Part shown: piece by piece, positions 10,920 to 23,299 of the stretch
How the letters are laid out: every line of letters starts with the position of its first letter
Numbering within the stretch: position 1 is the first letter of the stretch
Assembly (NCBI GenBank): GCA_030390025.1
Contig: CM059429.1
Location: 30,752,001-30,816,000, forward strand
Source: Squalus acanthias
Taxonomy: Eukaryota
Direction of reading: 5' to 3'
Length of the DNA: 64,000 nt
Program-made: the position numbers and the translations under genes
The notes under the pieces: model-generated
The model's database searches: none
Told to the model about the DNA's origin: nothing
What the model saw: only the letters and a program-made list of their open reading frames with translations

Positions 10920-12131
10920 ATGGATACCGTTTATACTGTCTCACCTTGGTCCTCAGAATCTGACCACAATCAGCCCCAACACCAGCAGCACCAGGCACAC
11001 CAGCAGCATCAACAACACCACCACCAATCATCTTCTCAACCGCCTGCACAGGACAGAGGGCATCAGCACAGGGCTGCACCGTGCCAGAGGCGATACCCCC
11101 AACACAGGGTATACTGGCAGAGGATGAGCTTCCTCAACATGACTGAGCAGCAGTGCCAAAGGAGGCTCAGGCTATCGCGCCAGGTCATCGCAGACATTTG
11201 CACATTGCTGGACCAAGACCTGCGGCCCAGAGGAGCAGGTGGACATGCTTTACCAGCGGCTGTCAAAGTCACCATTGCCCTCAACTTCTTCGCCTCAGGC
11301 TCCTTTCAGGGATCTGTAGCAGACATTTGTGGCATCTCGCAGTCGGCTGCCCACAGATGCATCTCACAGGTCACCGATGCCCTGTTTGTCAAGTCAGCCA
11401 ATTATATCAACTTTGCCACTGATGAATCCAGTGTTACTGAGCAGGCGCTCGGCTTTGCCACTCTGGCTGGCTTCCCACGGGTGCAGGGCGTGATTGACTG
11501 CACACATGTGGCCATCCGGGCACCCCATCATAACCCAGGAGTGTTTGTCAACCGCAAGGGCTTCCACTCCCTCAAACTGCAGCTGGTCTGCAACCATAGG
11601 AAGATCATCATGCGCCAAATTCCCTGGCAGCTGTCATGACTCTTGTCCTTCGCCAGTCTACCCTCCCTCAGCTGTTCGCACCTCCAAACAGACTTTCCGG
11701 CTGGCTGCTTGGAGACCAGGGCTATCTACTGAAGACGTGGCTCATGACACCCTTGAGGAGGCCAAGACCCTTGAGGAGGCCAAGCAATGAGGCTGAGGAG
11801 AGATATAATGAAAGCTATATCTCCACCAGATGTGTCACAAAGCAGACAATAGGCATGCTCAAAATGCTATTCAGATCTGGAGGAGCCCTTCAGTACGCAC
11901 TAGCCAGGGTATCCAGAAATTCGTGGTCTGCTGCACCCTGCACAACAGCAGGGATTAGCGCTGCATGAGGAACAAGGCGCAGAGCGTACAGCCTCTTCGG
12001 AGGAGGAGCATCAGGTGGAAGACGAGGAGAAGCAGGAGGTGGAGGAATTTGCGGTGTAGATGGCACCGGCACGCGAGCACATTGCTGCCCGTGAGGCCGG
12101 GGATGGCCTTATCATGGCCAAATTTACTTAA
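10920..12131 (+). pseudogene. Harbinger (HARBI1-like) DDE transposase, frameshifted
   Basis: [51 protein letters not shown] and QTIGMLKM are spread over several frames. There is an 18-bp tandem duplication (acccttgaggaggccaag) near 11749 and loss of RCLD. Confidence 0.9.
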
Positions 12132-12393
12132 CTTTATGTAGTACACCCATATGGCTGCCACATGTCTCGCCAGGTTGGCAACACCCCACAGCCAGACCAT
12201 AAAGCATCCCTACAATGACCAATCCATTCCTTTCACAGTTACCACCATTGCTGGAGGTAAAGTTAGGTCTGACCCTTCATTCCAATTAACTAAGCCACTT
12301 CCCATTGTGCATATAAATTTATGGTAAACATTAAATTAACTGAAACTTCACAATAACATTGAACAATACACCCAAGTGACTACCCTTGTGAAT

Positions 12394-14167
12394 CTACTTG
12401 TGTGGAATCTTATTTTTACAGGTGCTTCTACATGGTGCTACCCCTGTGGCTTCAGCAGAGGTAGAGACAGCCTCCTCACTTCCCAGCTGCGCCTGCTTAG
12501 ACAATTTTGGCGGTTGTCCTCTGGGTTTTGGAGCCTGTGAGGGCCCCACCAAAGTCTGTTTCTCCTGCAATTGTGCAGGGGCAGACTCGGCCATCGCTAT
12601 CTGGGGCTTTGACTGAGGGGTTGGCAAGGGGGGGAAAAGTGTGAGCGCTTGGAGAACAGCCCCCACTTACATGTCCCCTGTCATGGGCCACCCGCACTTC
12701 CCTGCTAGCAAGGAGCTGGAGAGCACCTTGCTGCACAGCAGTGGGGTCATGAGGACCCACGTCTACACTGACATCCCTCCTTGAGAGGACATTTATGAGC
12801 TTCTGGTATCTATCCTCCATAGACATCTATTTTGCATAGACACCATGTGCTCCTGCGACTGGCGCATTAGCTGCTCCATGTAGGTGGCCATCCTAACCAT
12901 GGAAGAGCCTACAGTCGCCATCGCCTGTGACACTGTGGTGCTCATGTCGGAGAAGAACGCCTCCATTCTCTGAATACTGGCAGTCATCGCGCTCGCAAAA
13001 CCTGTCAGAGCCTCCTGCACTTGTTCCTGCAGCTCCAGGATCACCCTCTTTCTGGATGGCCCCCGAGGCGCAGTGTCTGCATGCAGCTGAGCAGAGCTGG
13101 GAGAGTCCTGCGGACTTCGACGAGGAGTCTGCACTGCTGTCCCTGTCTCCACCATCTGCTCTTGCTCACTTGTGATTTGTGAGACACCAGGTGACAATAC
13201 TACTCTATCTCGCGTAGGACCCACCAAGGTGTGTGTATCTGCGCTGGTGCTGGGTGGGCTTATGTCCGGTGACGCTGCGCCCTCGGAGGCTGAAGGCTCC
13301 TCTGAGGAGTCGTCTTCGGCTTCCTCCTGGACAGTGTAGGAGCTCTTGATGGACCTGTGGGAGAGTAAAGAGATGAGTTACATATGTCATGTGTACATTG
13401 GGCACAGATAACATTATGCATATAATTATCATTCAGTGGCTGCTGACATCAACCCCCATATGAGTGACTGATGTATGCCATGTAGCTGTATGAAAAGTGA
13501 TTGTCACCAGGTTGCTGAGATGTCCCCCTTACTCTGTCTCCCATTTCCAGGTGCTCGGACACTCTTGAGAGCTCCAATGCAGCCTCCTCTGCAGTGGTCA
13601 GGGTTGCGAGTAATGCCGGTCCTCCACCAGTTCTCTCCCTCTCCCTCTCTTTTCCTGCAAGGAGGGAAAGAAGAGAAGGATGAGTTAGTGATGGAATGAG
13701 TGTGAGGAATGGATGGGTTACATGTGTAGAAGGTGACTATGATGGAGTGGGGTGGCAAAGCCAAGTGGCCTCCTTGTGTGGTGTTAGTTGGTATGATTGC
13801 ACTAGGATGAGGGTGAGTGTGAGGGGTGGCTAGTGAGATGGGGATGTGATAATGTAGATAGTGAGGGATGGGTGGAGGTGCAAGATATGTTGGTGTGAGT
13901 AAGGATGTGCAGGAGTAGGGTTAGGAAGGCAGAGTGATGGGGATGTGATGAGAGGCACAGCAGGATGAAGGTGAGTGTGGCTTTGTACTCACCTTCCTGA
14001 TCTCACAAGATCGTTGAAGCGTTTGCGGCACTGCACCCAGGTCCTCCTCACAACGTCCCTGCTGTTGACCTCCTTGGCTATCTGGGGCCAGGCTCCTTTG
14101 GTTTGCTGGGGAGGTGGAGGGAGTCATCGGTGAATCTGGGTGCAGCCCGCTGCCTCTGTGCAGTCAT
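12394..14167 (-). pseudogene. Harbinger Myb/SANT-like DNA-binding gene, 3 exons (about 14167-13993, 13654-13508, 13354-12394), disrupted
   Basis: MTAQRQRAAPRFTDD...RRTWVQCRKRFNDL remnant; GT/AG sites match those in copy 2; internal deletions and frameshifts; C-terminus RSTCKNKIPHK*. Confidence 0.8.
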
Positions 14168-14599
14168 TTCTGCCCTTGTGTACAGCAGTGCAAAGCAATT
14201 GCACTGACTGCACAATCCCAGATGAACCTTCAAGTGCAATGTGGCCACGGTCCCTTTAAATATCCCGGCTGAAAATGCGTCATCGATGACGTCACCAGAC
14301 CTGCTCCATTTAATTGGGCCGGGCAACGCGCTGGGTGGGCTTAACGAGCCCCATTATCGGAAAGTAATTTTGTGGAGCGGCATGGAGGTTGCAACGGGGT
14401 CGGGACTCGACATGGTGGCTGCCCATACCGGACCTGCCAAGGTAAGGAAAATTCCAGCCCATGTGCCCATGATGTACACTAGGATTGAGTACTTCCCCTC
14501 AAATTAATATTTTATTGGTTTCCATACACTGACGGGACAAAGGGTTAACCTTTTGGAGCGCATGATCTTCAGTAAAGTACTCTGAAACATTAGAAAGAA

Positions 14600-14715
14600 G
14601 GAAGACGGAAAGACTTGGTTTTATAGAGAGCCTTTCACAAACTCGGGACATCCCAAAACGCTTTGCAGCCAATGAAGTACTTTTGAAGTGTAGTCACTGT
14701 TGTAATGTAGGAAAA
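14600..14715 (-). mobile_element. DeuSINE 3' tail fragment
   Basis: Matches 4446-4555 (cagccaatgaagtacttttgaagtgtagtcactgttgtaatg). Confidence 0.75.
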
Positions 14716-15613
14716 CTTTTGCTTTGTCAGTGTATAAACCTATTTTACCTACCTGAATTACTGAGTGGACACCATTGTCTATTTAGAATTGTTTCCATCA
14801 ATTCATATTCCATGATTCAAACCTGGCCTTTTGTTAGAGACTAACTATCAACATTGGACAAATTGTGAGCGTACAATTTTTCGTCATAAGCTGAAGGCAA
14901 CAACTTGCATCAAAATCTAGTGCCTGTCATCTGGGCCACAGGAGACAGCGGAGTATTAATCTTGGTGTATTCTCTTTTCCCTTTCTCTTTTTTTCCTGTT
15001 TCATTTTTCTGTGTATCACTTTTTGTAGGCCACCTGAATCTAGAATTTAATATGTTATCGTGCTTTTCTCTCACTGGAGAGTGAGCGAAAGCAAGAAGCT
15101 GCAAATGAAGAGGCGGCTCTCCCAGCACTATATAGCAATTGTGAAGTTCCTCTAATAAATCTATAGAGCTTAAAAACCTGCTTCCCAAAGGGCAGTCTTG
15201 TTTTCTCTCGCTCTCCAGCGAATCAAACATAGAAAATGATGAAGTCAGAACAGGTTTGCATCTCCAATTAAATGTGGAAGAGTTGCTGGGCCTGGAGAAC
15301 TACTGAGGTGCAGTGTTGGTGTAAGAGTTCCTAAGTGAAACAATAACCGGAGACAGTGTTTGAACCCTGGTGTCTTAAATAAATGACAAAAATAGTAGGC
15401 TATGGTAGCAGCATTATTTTTTTCTTCTACTTTTCCATGATTCTATCTCCAGTTTTCCTTCTCCATCCTAACTTGACTTTGATTTCCTCTCTCCTTGCCG
15501 ATGCATTCCTTTATGCTTCTGCTATCTCCGAAATGCCTGCTTTCATACACTTTGTTTTGTGGCATCTGCTTAGACTATGTATCTGTGCACTTTTGCCTGC
15601 TTTTGCCATCAGA

Positions 15614-16432
15614 GGGGGTGATTTTGCCAGCCCTGGGGAGGCAGGTATGGAGGCAGAACTGCCGGGAAAATGGCAGAATTTGGGGGCGGGTGCCCAACCC
15701 GCCTCCATGCCATCTTCCTAGGAGGCGGGTAGCCGTTCCGCGCCGGGTCCCATCTCCTTGGAGGCGGGAAGGGATTAAAGCCCATTAACTGCCTGTTAAC
15801 GGGCAGAAAATAGGATTATCCCCTTTTTGCCCTCAAGTGCGGGTTTCCCGAAGGCTCCCAAACACGTCAGCTCAGCGAGGCGTGTACTGGGTCTGCGGGT
15901 ATTGGGGGGGGGGGGGTGCAAAAGTGTGGTGTGAAGGTAAGTGATGAGTGCAAGAGTGTAGAGGTGAGTATCTGAGGTAAGTGCAAAATGTTTTTAAAAG
16001 TGTACTTACCTTTTGTTTCTTCCTTCAGTCGGTTTGTATGCGGAGAGTCTCGGACCTCCATGTTACAGATGAGAGATGGCCGTTGCGTTCTCAGATGCAA
16101 CAACCATCTCATTTCTGTAAAACTAAGAAGTTTGGTGAGGTCATCAATGCAAGACCTCATCAAACTACAGAGAATGTCACTGTTTGACAGCTTCACAGAG
16201 CTGTCAAACGATGACAATTCATTTGTCAATTTTTTGACAGATGAAACATCATACGTTGACGTTCTCTGCAACTGGCTTTCCCTTAATTGGCCTGCTAAGC
16301 CCGCTGGGCGGTCTTAACAAGGTCAATCAAGCAAAAATAGCGTGGGTTGGCCACAAATCGATGGAGGCGGGACATTGACCCGCCAAGCAGCAGTCCCGCC
16401 TCCAACGTGCCCCTATTAATAAAATCGCCCCC
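15614..16432. mobile_element. Non-autonomous PIF/Harbinger-type element (MITE)
   Basis: TIRs GGGGGTGATTTT / AAAATCGCCCCC; 3-bp TSD AGA (15611-15613, 16433-16435); GC-rich subterminal ggcggg/cccgcc motifs like those of the autonomous copies. Confidence 0.82.
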
Positions 16433-16659
16433 AGAGAGTCAGGGAAGGCTACTGGCCAATGGTGCTATGCCCATTGTCCCCTCACTCTGGAAAAGGACTA
16501 TTCTCATCTTACTTTCAGAGGGACACCAATGTGAATCACTGTCTCACAGCTCAAGATAGGGGGGTGATGCAGTTTTGAAAGAAAGTGGCCATACCTATGG
16601 TATCTCCAAACCATTATCCATGAGTTCTTAATTACCTCCTTTATTCCCTTCCTTGACTC

Positions 16660-16915
16660 CGTTAAGTGTCTACTTGGCTCATTCGGTAGTACTCTTGCTT
16701 CTGATTCAGAAGGTCCTGGGCTCAATCCCCACTATGTATGTGAGCACATATTCTTGGCTGACATTTTAGTGTGGTACCAAACAAATCCTGTGTTGTTGGA
16801 GGTACTGGCTTTTGGATGAGACATTAAATAAAGGTCCCATCTGTTTACTCAGGTGGATATAAAAGGTCCCATGGCACTATTTGAAGAAAGCAGAGAATTC
16901 CCCAGTGTCCTGATG
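16660..16915 (+). mobile_element. Diverged DeuSINE, head and Deu domain
   Basis: tggctcattcggtagtactcttgcttctgattcagaagg...ggatataaaaggtcccatggcactatttgaagaa. Confidence 0.7.
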
Positions 16916-18882
16916 GAAGATTCCTCCCTCCATTCATTCATTCATTCTAGTCATAAGAACATAGAAAATAGGAGCAGGAGTAGGCCATTTGGCCCAATAA
17001 GATCATGGCTGATCTTCTCCCTCCGCTCCACCTTCCCACACTATCCCCATATCCCTTGATTACCTTAATATCCAAAAATCTATCGATCCTCTGTCTTGAA
17101 TATACTCAACGACTGAGCCTCCACAGCCCTCTGGGGAGAGAATTCCAAAGATTCTCAACCCTTTGAGTGAAGAAATTTCGTCTCATCTCAGAGCTAAATG
17201 GCCAACCCCTTATTCTGAGACTTTGACCCCTAGTTCTAGACTCCCCAGCCATCCTCTAGCATCTACCCGGTCAAGTCCTGTAAGAATTTTATATGTTTCA
17301 ATGAGATCACCTCTCATTCTTCTAAATTCTAGGGAATGTAGGCCTAGTCTACTCAATCTCTCCTCATAGGACAATCCCCCATCCCAGGAATCAGTCTGGT
17401 GAACCTTTGTTGCACTCCCTCTATCCTTCCTTAGGTAAGGAGACCAAAACTATACACAATACTCCTGGTGTGGTCTCGCCAAGGCCCTATATAATTGCAG
17501 TAAGACTTCTTTACTCTTAGCCTTTATTACAAAAGGATTGCAGTATAACATACCATTTGCTTTCTAAATTGTTTGCTTTACCTGCATGTTGACTTTCTGT
17601 GTTTCGTGTACAAGGACACCCAGGTTCCTCTGAACACCAACATTTCCCAATCTCTCACCATTTAAAAAGAAATGCACTGCTTTTCTATTTTTCCTACCAA
17701 AGTGGATAACGTCACATTTCTCCACATTATATTCCATTTGCCATGTTCTTGCCCACTCACTTAGCCTGTCTGTATCCCCTTGAAGCCTCTTTACATTCTC
17801 CTCACAACTTACATTCCCACCCAGCTTTGTATCATCAGCAAACTTGGATATATTACATTTTGTCCCCTCATCCAAATCATTGATATAGATTGTGAATAGC
17901 TGAGGCCCAAGCAGTGATCCTTGCGGTACCCCACTAGTTACAGCCTGCCAACCCGAAAATGACCTGTTTATTCCTTCTCTCTGTTTTCTGTCTGTTAACC
18001 AATCCTCAATCCATGCTAGTATATTACCCCTAATCCCATGAGTCCTAATTTTGTGTAATAACCTCTTGTGTGGAACCTTATCGAATGCTTTCTGAAAATC
18101 CAAATACACCACATTCACTGGTTCCCCTTTATCTATTCTGCTAGTTATAACCTCAAAAAACTCTAACAGATTTGTCAAACATGATTTCCCTTTCATAAAT
18201 CCGTGTTGACTCTGCCCAATCCTATTATTATTTTCTAAGTGTCCTGATACCACGTCCTTAATAATAGGTTCTAGCATTTTCCCTAATACTGATGTCAGGC
18301 TAACTGGTCTATAGTTCCCTGTTTTCTCTCTCCCTTCTTTCTCGAATAGTGGGGTTACATTTGCTACCTTCCAATCTGCGGGGGACCTTTCTAGAATCTA
18401 GGGAATTCTGGAAGATCTACACCAATGCATCCACTATCTCTGTAGCCACCTCTTTTAAAGCCCTAGGATGTAGGCCATCAGGTCCAGGGGATTTGTCAGC
18501 TTTTAGTCCCATTAATTTCTCCAGTACTATTTCTTAATTAATTTCTTTCAGTTCCTCATTCTCACTAGACCCTTGGCTCCCCACTATTTCCGGATTGTTT
18601 TTTTGTGTCGTCTTCCGTGAAGACCGATATAAACTATTTGTTTAATGTCTCTGCCATTTCTTTATTCTCCATTATAATTTCTCCTGTCTCTGCCTGTAAG
18701 GGACCCACACTTACATTCGCTAATCTCTTCCTTTTTACATACCTATAGAAGGTTTTACAATCTGTTTTTATGTTACTAGCTAGTTGATTCTCATTCTATT
18801 TTCTCTCTATCAATTTCTTGGTCCTCTAAAATTCACCCAATCCTCAGGCTTACTACTCTATTTGACAACATTATAAGCCTCT

Positions 18883-19191
18883 TTTAGATGAGACATTAAA
18901 CTGAGGCCCCGTCTGCTCTCTCAGGTGGATGTAAAAGATCCCATGGCACTATTTCAAAGAAGAGCAGGGGAGTTATCCCCGGTGTCCTGGCCAATATTTA
19001 TCCCTCAATCAACATAACAAAAACAGATTATCTGGTCATTTTCACATTGCTGTTTGTGGGAGCTTGCTGTGTGCAAATTGGCTGCCGTGTTTCCCCCATT
19101 ACAACAGTGACTCCACTTCAAAAGTACATCATTGGCTGTAAAGCGTGTTGGGACGTCTGGTGGGCGTGAAAGGCGCTATATAAATGCAAGT
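18883..19191 (+). mobile_element. 5'-truncated DeuSINE inserted in the CR1
   Basis: Deu domain plus tail ending aggcgctatataaatgcaagtc; reverse-complement match to 4446-4760. Confidence 0.85.
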
Positions 19192-19433
19192 CTTTCCCTT
19201 CTTTCCCTTCTTTCCCTTCTTTCCCTTCTTTCCCTTCTTTCCCTTCTTTCCCTTCTTTCCCTTCTTTCCCTTCTTTCCCTTCTTTCCCTTCTTTCCCTTC
19301 TTTCCCTTCTTTCCCTTCTTTCCCTTCTTTCCCTTCTTTCCCTTCTTTCCCTTCTTTCCCTTCTTTCCCTTCTTTCCCTTCTTTCCCTTCTTTCCCTTCT
19401 TTCCCTTCTTTCCCTTCTTTCCCTTCTTTCCCT
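19192..19433. repeat. (CTTTCCCTT)n, about 27 perfect 9-bp units
   Basis: Directly visible; it produces the GKK/PFF/SLL artefact ORFs. Confidence 0.97.
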
Positions 19434-19639
19434 GAAAATTAAAGTCCCCCATGTTTACTGTATTACCCTTGTTACATGCACGCCTAATTTCCTGATTTAT
19501 ACTATGCCTGACACTACAACTACTGTTAGGGGGCCTATAAACTTCTCCCACTAGTGTTTTCTGCCCCTTGTTGTTTCTTAGCTCCACCCGAAGTGATTCT
19601 ACATCTTGTTTATCTAAGCTAAGATACTTTCTCTCTACT

Positions 19640-19805
19640 GTCTGTAGTCATTCATTTACAGTTTGCGTGACCTTGCTGTATGCAAATTAGCTGCTGCGTT
19701 TGTCTGCATATTAAGAGTGAGTCCAAATTAAAAGTTATTCATTGGCTAGTAAAGCATATTAGGACATCCTGATGTCATGAAAGGTGCTGCATAAATGCAA
19801 GTTAC
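19640..19805 (+). mobile_element. Old DeuSINE 3' fragment
   Basis: cttgctgtatgcaaattagctgctgcgttt...cattggct...aaggtgctgcataaatgcaagtt. Confidence 0.65.
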
Positions 19806-22800
19806 TGCTTATGTTCAGCACAGTTAATGTTAATCTGTGCTAAAATCATGTGTAATAGCTAGTAGAATGGTAAACAAGGAAAAGCAGCAAACGTATAAAG
19901 TACACAAATCTTGTGTTACTGTAAACACTTAAGACATTGGAAGTCTCCTGGGAGAAATGAAAAGCCCTCGCATGAAAATATTTTACTAATAAGGACTTTA
20001 CAGTAAAAGTGAAGTGACAATCTTTGGTTATATAGATTCAAGAGTGTAAATGTCTGATTCAACGACTTCTGCTTGATTGGCTGGGCTGTTGACCTTTATA
20101 TTATGCTTCCTTCTCATTGTACCCACTATTTCCAGCCAAAGTTTCAGCCTAGAACCTGAGAGGAAGGGGAAAGGGTAAATGTGCTTAAATAATGTATGCA
20201 AATCATTGAATTCTTGCTGTTTGATGTAAACCATTGACTATATTGTAATATAACATTCTACGATGTAAAATAGTTAAACTACTAGAAATAACGTGTTTAA
20301 CCAAAATATTAGGTAATAGTTTATTTTCAGTAATAGAAGGAAAAGTAAAAGTTCTAATTTTATTAGAGGTGCTTGTATAAGTACATTGGCTATTACTTAG
20401 ACTCCAGATTTACAGATTGTTAAATGCCCAAAGAGAAACTTTCAGAGTTTGCTTCTGGCATTTCCTGGCCTTGTTTATCACATGACCAGTGAACTAATCA
20501 GTCATCAGAAGGAGTTGATGTTCCTTTTGGTTGTTGCAATCACACTACATTCTTTTATACTTAAGAGACTTCTCAAAATCCTTATGATAAACAAGCTAGT
20601 CTAGTCAACAATGTTGCCACCAGTCTAAAGGAAACTGAGCTTTATATCCGAAAACAATTTTGGATCAAAGCAGGACCACAGGGATTCGTGTGTCATTAGG
20701 AAACCTTGCTGAAAATTCACACTGCATAGGAATAGCCTTCTCGTCATCCAGTCCTCTTGGTTAATGTGAGCTCAGGAGCAACAGGCTGTGCATGGTCCTG
20801 AAGGGTGGTATTTTAATTACAGATTAACTGAATAAGAACAAACGCAGCTTTTTCTTGAAGGCAATGAATCATGCTGGAGTATGGTTCTGCAGTAACTTGT
20901 CTCTTGGAGTGGCTATTGGAAGGTGTGTGGGAGTGTCCCACATTGACTCGTCTCTTCCTGCAAGGTGCATCACCACACCATTGACAGAACCTGAGAACTA
21001 GTGCCATCAGCTCGAGAATGGAGCATGGTTTGGGACAAGAGATGCAAATTGAGGATGGGAAACAGATGAAGAAAACACCATCAGTACGAACCTTTTTGTT
21101 ATTTTACTAAAAGCATACAATCTTACTGTGTTTTCCTTGATGGAGAAGCTGAGATTCAGAACTCACTGTTTCGGAATTTGCAATGGTCTCTTTTGCTTCA
21201 ACCTGTCCAATGACACAACCATTACTGCAATCATACAGGTAGTTATATTGTACCATCAACAGTCCTCTTCATAATTGAATTGGTGCCTTAATTTGTTGCT
21301 AAACTAGTGCAACTCTTTTTTCTTTGTATTCCAAATTATTTCACATCTGTCAATCTGCGAGAGTGGTTGACCTGAAACTAATGAAGTGTACAAAAGACTT
21401 TTTTAAAACCACTTTGGAAACAGATCAGTGAAGGAAGAAAACTGAATTCAAATTGACGCACAGTTCAACAGTTTCTTCTGTGATGCACAGTATTCAGTAA
21501 ATTCAACTGAAGGACAGTGAAGCAGTCAAAGATTTTTATTCTTTGTTCCTGAAGGTCTTGGGTTCCAGCGTTTACATTCTGTTGCTGTTTCAGTCCGTTC
21601 TGAACTCCTGTATATTCATTTTGGAGATGCAGAAAGCAGTGGATTTGTGAATGGGTTCATTACTCGGTTGGTCAGATATAGTATATTGTAATATCAACAC
21701 AGAAAATGAACAACAAACAAGAATATCCAGAATAATCTGAACATTTAAACATCTGACTCCTCCAGGTTTTACTTCTTTGCTTACTCACCATTAATCATTA
21801 ATGTTCGGTCAATAACATACTCTTAATGGAATTGGGAGATTTGAAAGGATCAGCTGGAATTCCATTCAGATTGTCAGGACTTGTGATGAACTGGGATCTC
21901 TTGTTCTTGTATATTTATTGCACTTGCAGGCTAACTATAACAAATAAAGATTTTGTAAAACTGTTGAAAATTCCCGCCTTTTCTTCCCTCTTCCCATCTC
22001 CACACAACTCCACCCTCCCAAATAAAAACTGAGCCTGATACTCTGATGAAGGGGTTAGGACGGGGCAACACTAGTGCCATTGAACTTTACTGTTTACTTT
22101 TTTTAAATGGCTAGCACCTTCGGAACTGCGTTCCTAGTCCAGTTCTGGTCTGGTCATATCTGAGTTTCATAAACTCTGTTTAATAATCAAATGGTTAGAT
22201 TTAGAGCAGGGCTCAAGAAAGGGAAGAATGAAATGCTACAAAATGAATTGAGGTACCGTAACTTTGATTGCTGTATTATATCACTGCAATAGGATCGCTC
22301 CTGAGATGACACAAGCCCAAGAGATGCCGCTAAACGATTGAAAGAATTATATAAAATAGTAACATTTTAATCTTGTATGAAACAATCCTGTAATAATGCA
22401 TATAGAGGATATTTCATAATTCTAATTTGTCCCATGTTATTCTCTTTAAATATGAAATAAACCATATACATTAAAATACAAACTGGATCCAAAGATGATA
22501 TACTTTTAAGATGGTGTGTTTTCCCTTTTATTGCTATTTTCAGCTGCTGTTTATGCACACAGCACATGTGTAGCACAGAGTTCAGAATAAAAAGAACTAA
22601 ATGGCAGGCAAAGATTTTAGGTACCAATTGAACTGTATATAAATAATATATAGCTCATTATTTTTTTTTTAATGATTTTGATAGAGCAGTTAGAGGGATG
22701 AAACAAAGGAAGTTAGTCTGCAAGCCTACACAACACCATGTCAGATTTGAGCTGTTCGTCGGCATGTAATACATGGTAGGGCACAAGTCAGTGAAGACGT

Positions 22801-23299
22801 TTCATAGTTTATCATGACTAGAAGCAAAGTTAAAGTTCTTCAAATATTCATGTGAAATGTTCTGAGATATTTAGTGAAATCAGCAAGATAATTTCCTCAC
22901 ATATTTCTAGTGATGAGAGAACACACTTAGCAAGCAAAAGCTTTATAGTGAATTCTAATTAATTAATTTATTAATCTGAGCCATGAAGAAATGTAGCAGC
23001 ATGGATAGAAAGTTGATTGATGGACAAGAAATGAAGAATTAAGGTTGATGGGTGGAGCCGAGGCATTCACGGGCCCTTTTAATGTGTAGTAAGACAGCCT
23101 GAACGCCTCTGCATATGTAAATTTGGAGTCTGCAATTTGCAGTGAGGTCAGTGTCATGTCCACAAGGTGAGAAGAAGGTTCTGCGTCATTGGAATTTCAG
23201 GCCCCAAAAGTGTGAATTTTAAATAGGACTCCTTTTTTTTGTACTTATTTCTCTTATGTTATGTAAAGAGTTAAGTTTTTCAAGTTTAAATGAAATTTA

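Larger units (their letters stand above)
10402..14460 (+). mobile_element. Harbinger DNA transposon copy 1 (two convergent genes, decayed)
   Basis: TIRs GGGCTGAATTTTCC / GGAAAATTCCAGCCC (one indel). Contains a DDE transposase (+) and a Myb/SANT gene (-). The TSD is imperfect (tat / atg). Confidence 0.9.
16952..19625 (-). mobile_element. CR1 LINE (EN to RT to 3' end), decayed and interrupted by a SINE
   Basis: ORF 17564-18277 contains QHGFMKGKSCLTNL, YLDFQKAFDKVPH, SGVPQGSLLGP and KFADDTK. The EN remnant VYRPPNS...GDFN lies at about 19435-19590. Confidence 0.9.

Noticed and set aside
14910-15230. 106-aa minus-strand ORF
   Set aside because: No recognisable homology or splice context; its K/E-rich end is just the complement of a pyrimidine tract.
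19129-19587. Lys-rich (GKK)n, (SLL)n and (PFF)n ORFs
   Set aside because: Translations of a 9-bp microsatellite fused to a CR1 remnant.
20861-21092. Another exon-2-like segment (GNESCWSMVLQ*LVSWSGYW)
   Set aside because: Early stop, mediocre acceptor and only impressionistic similarity.
22043-22070. CTGATGAAGGGG as a further hammerhead
   Set aside because: No stem II partner and no GAAA follows.
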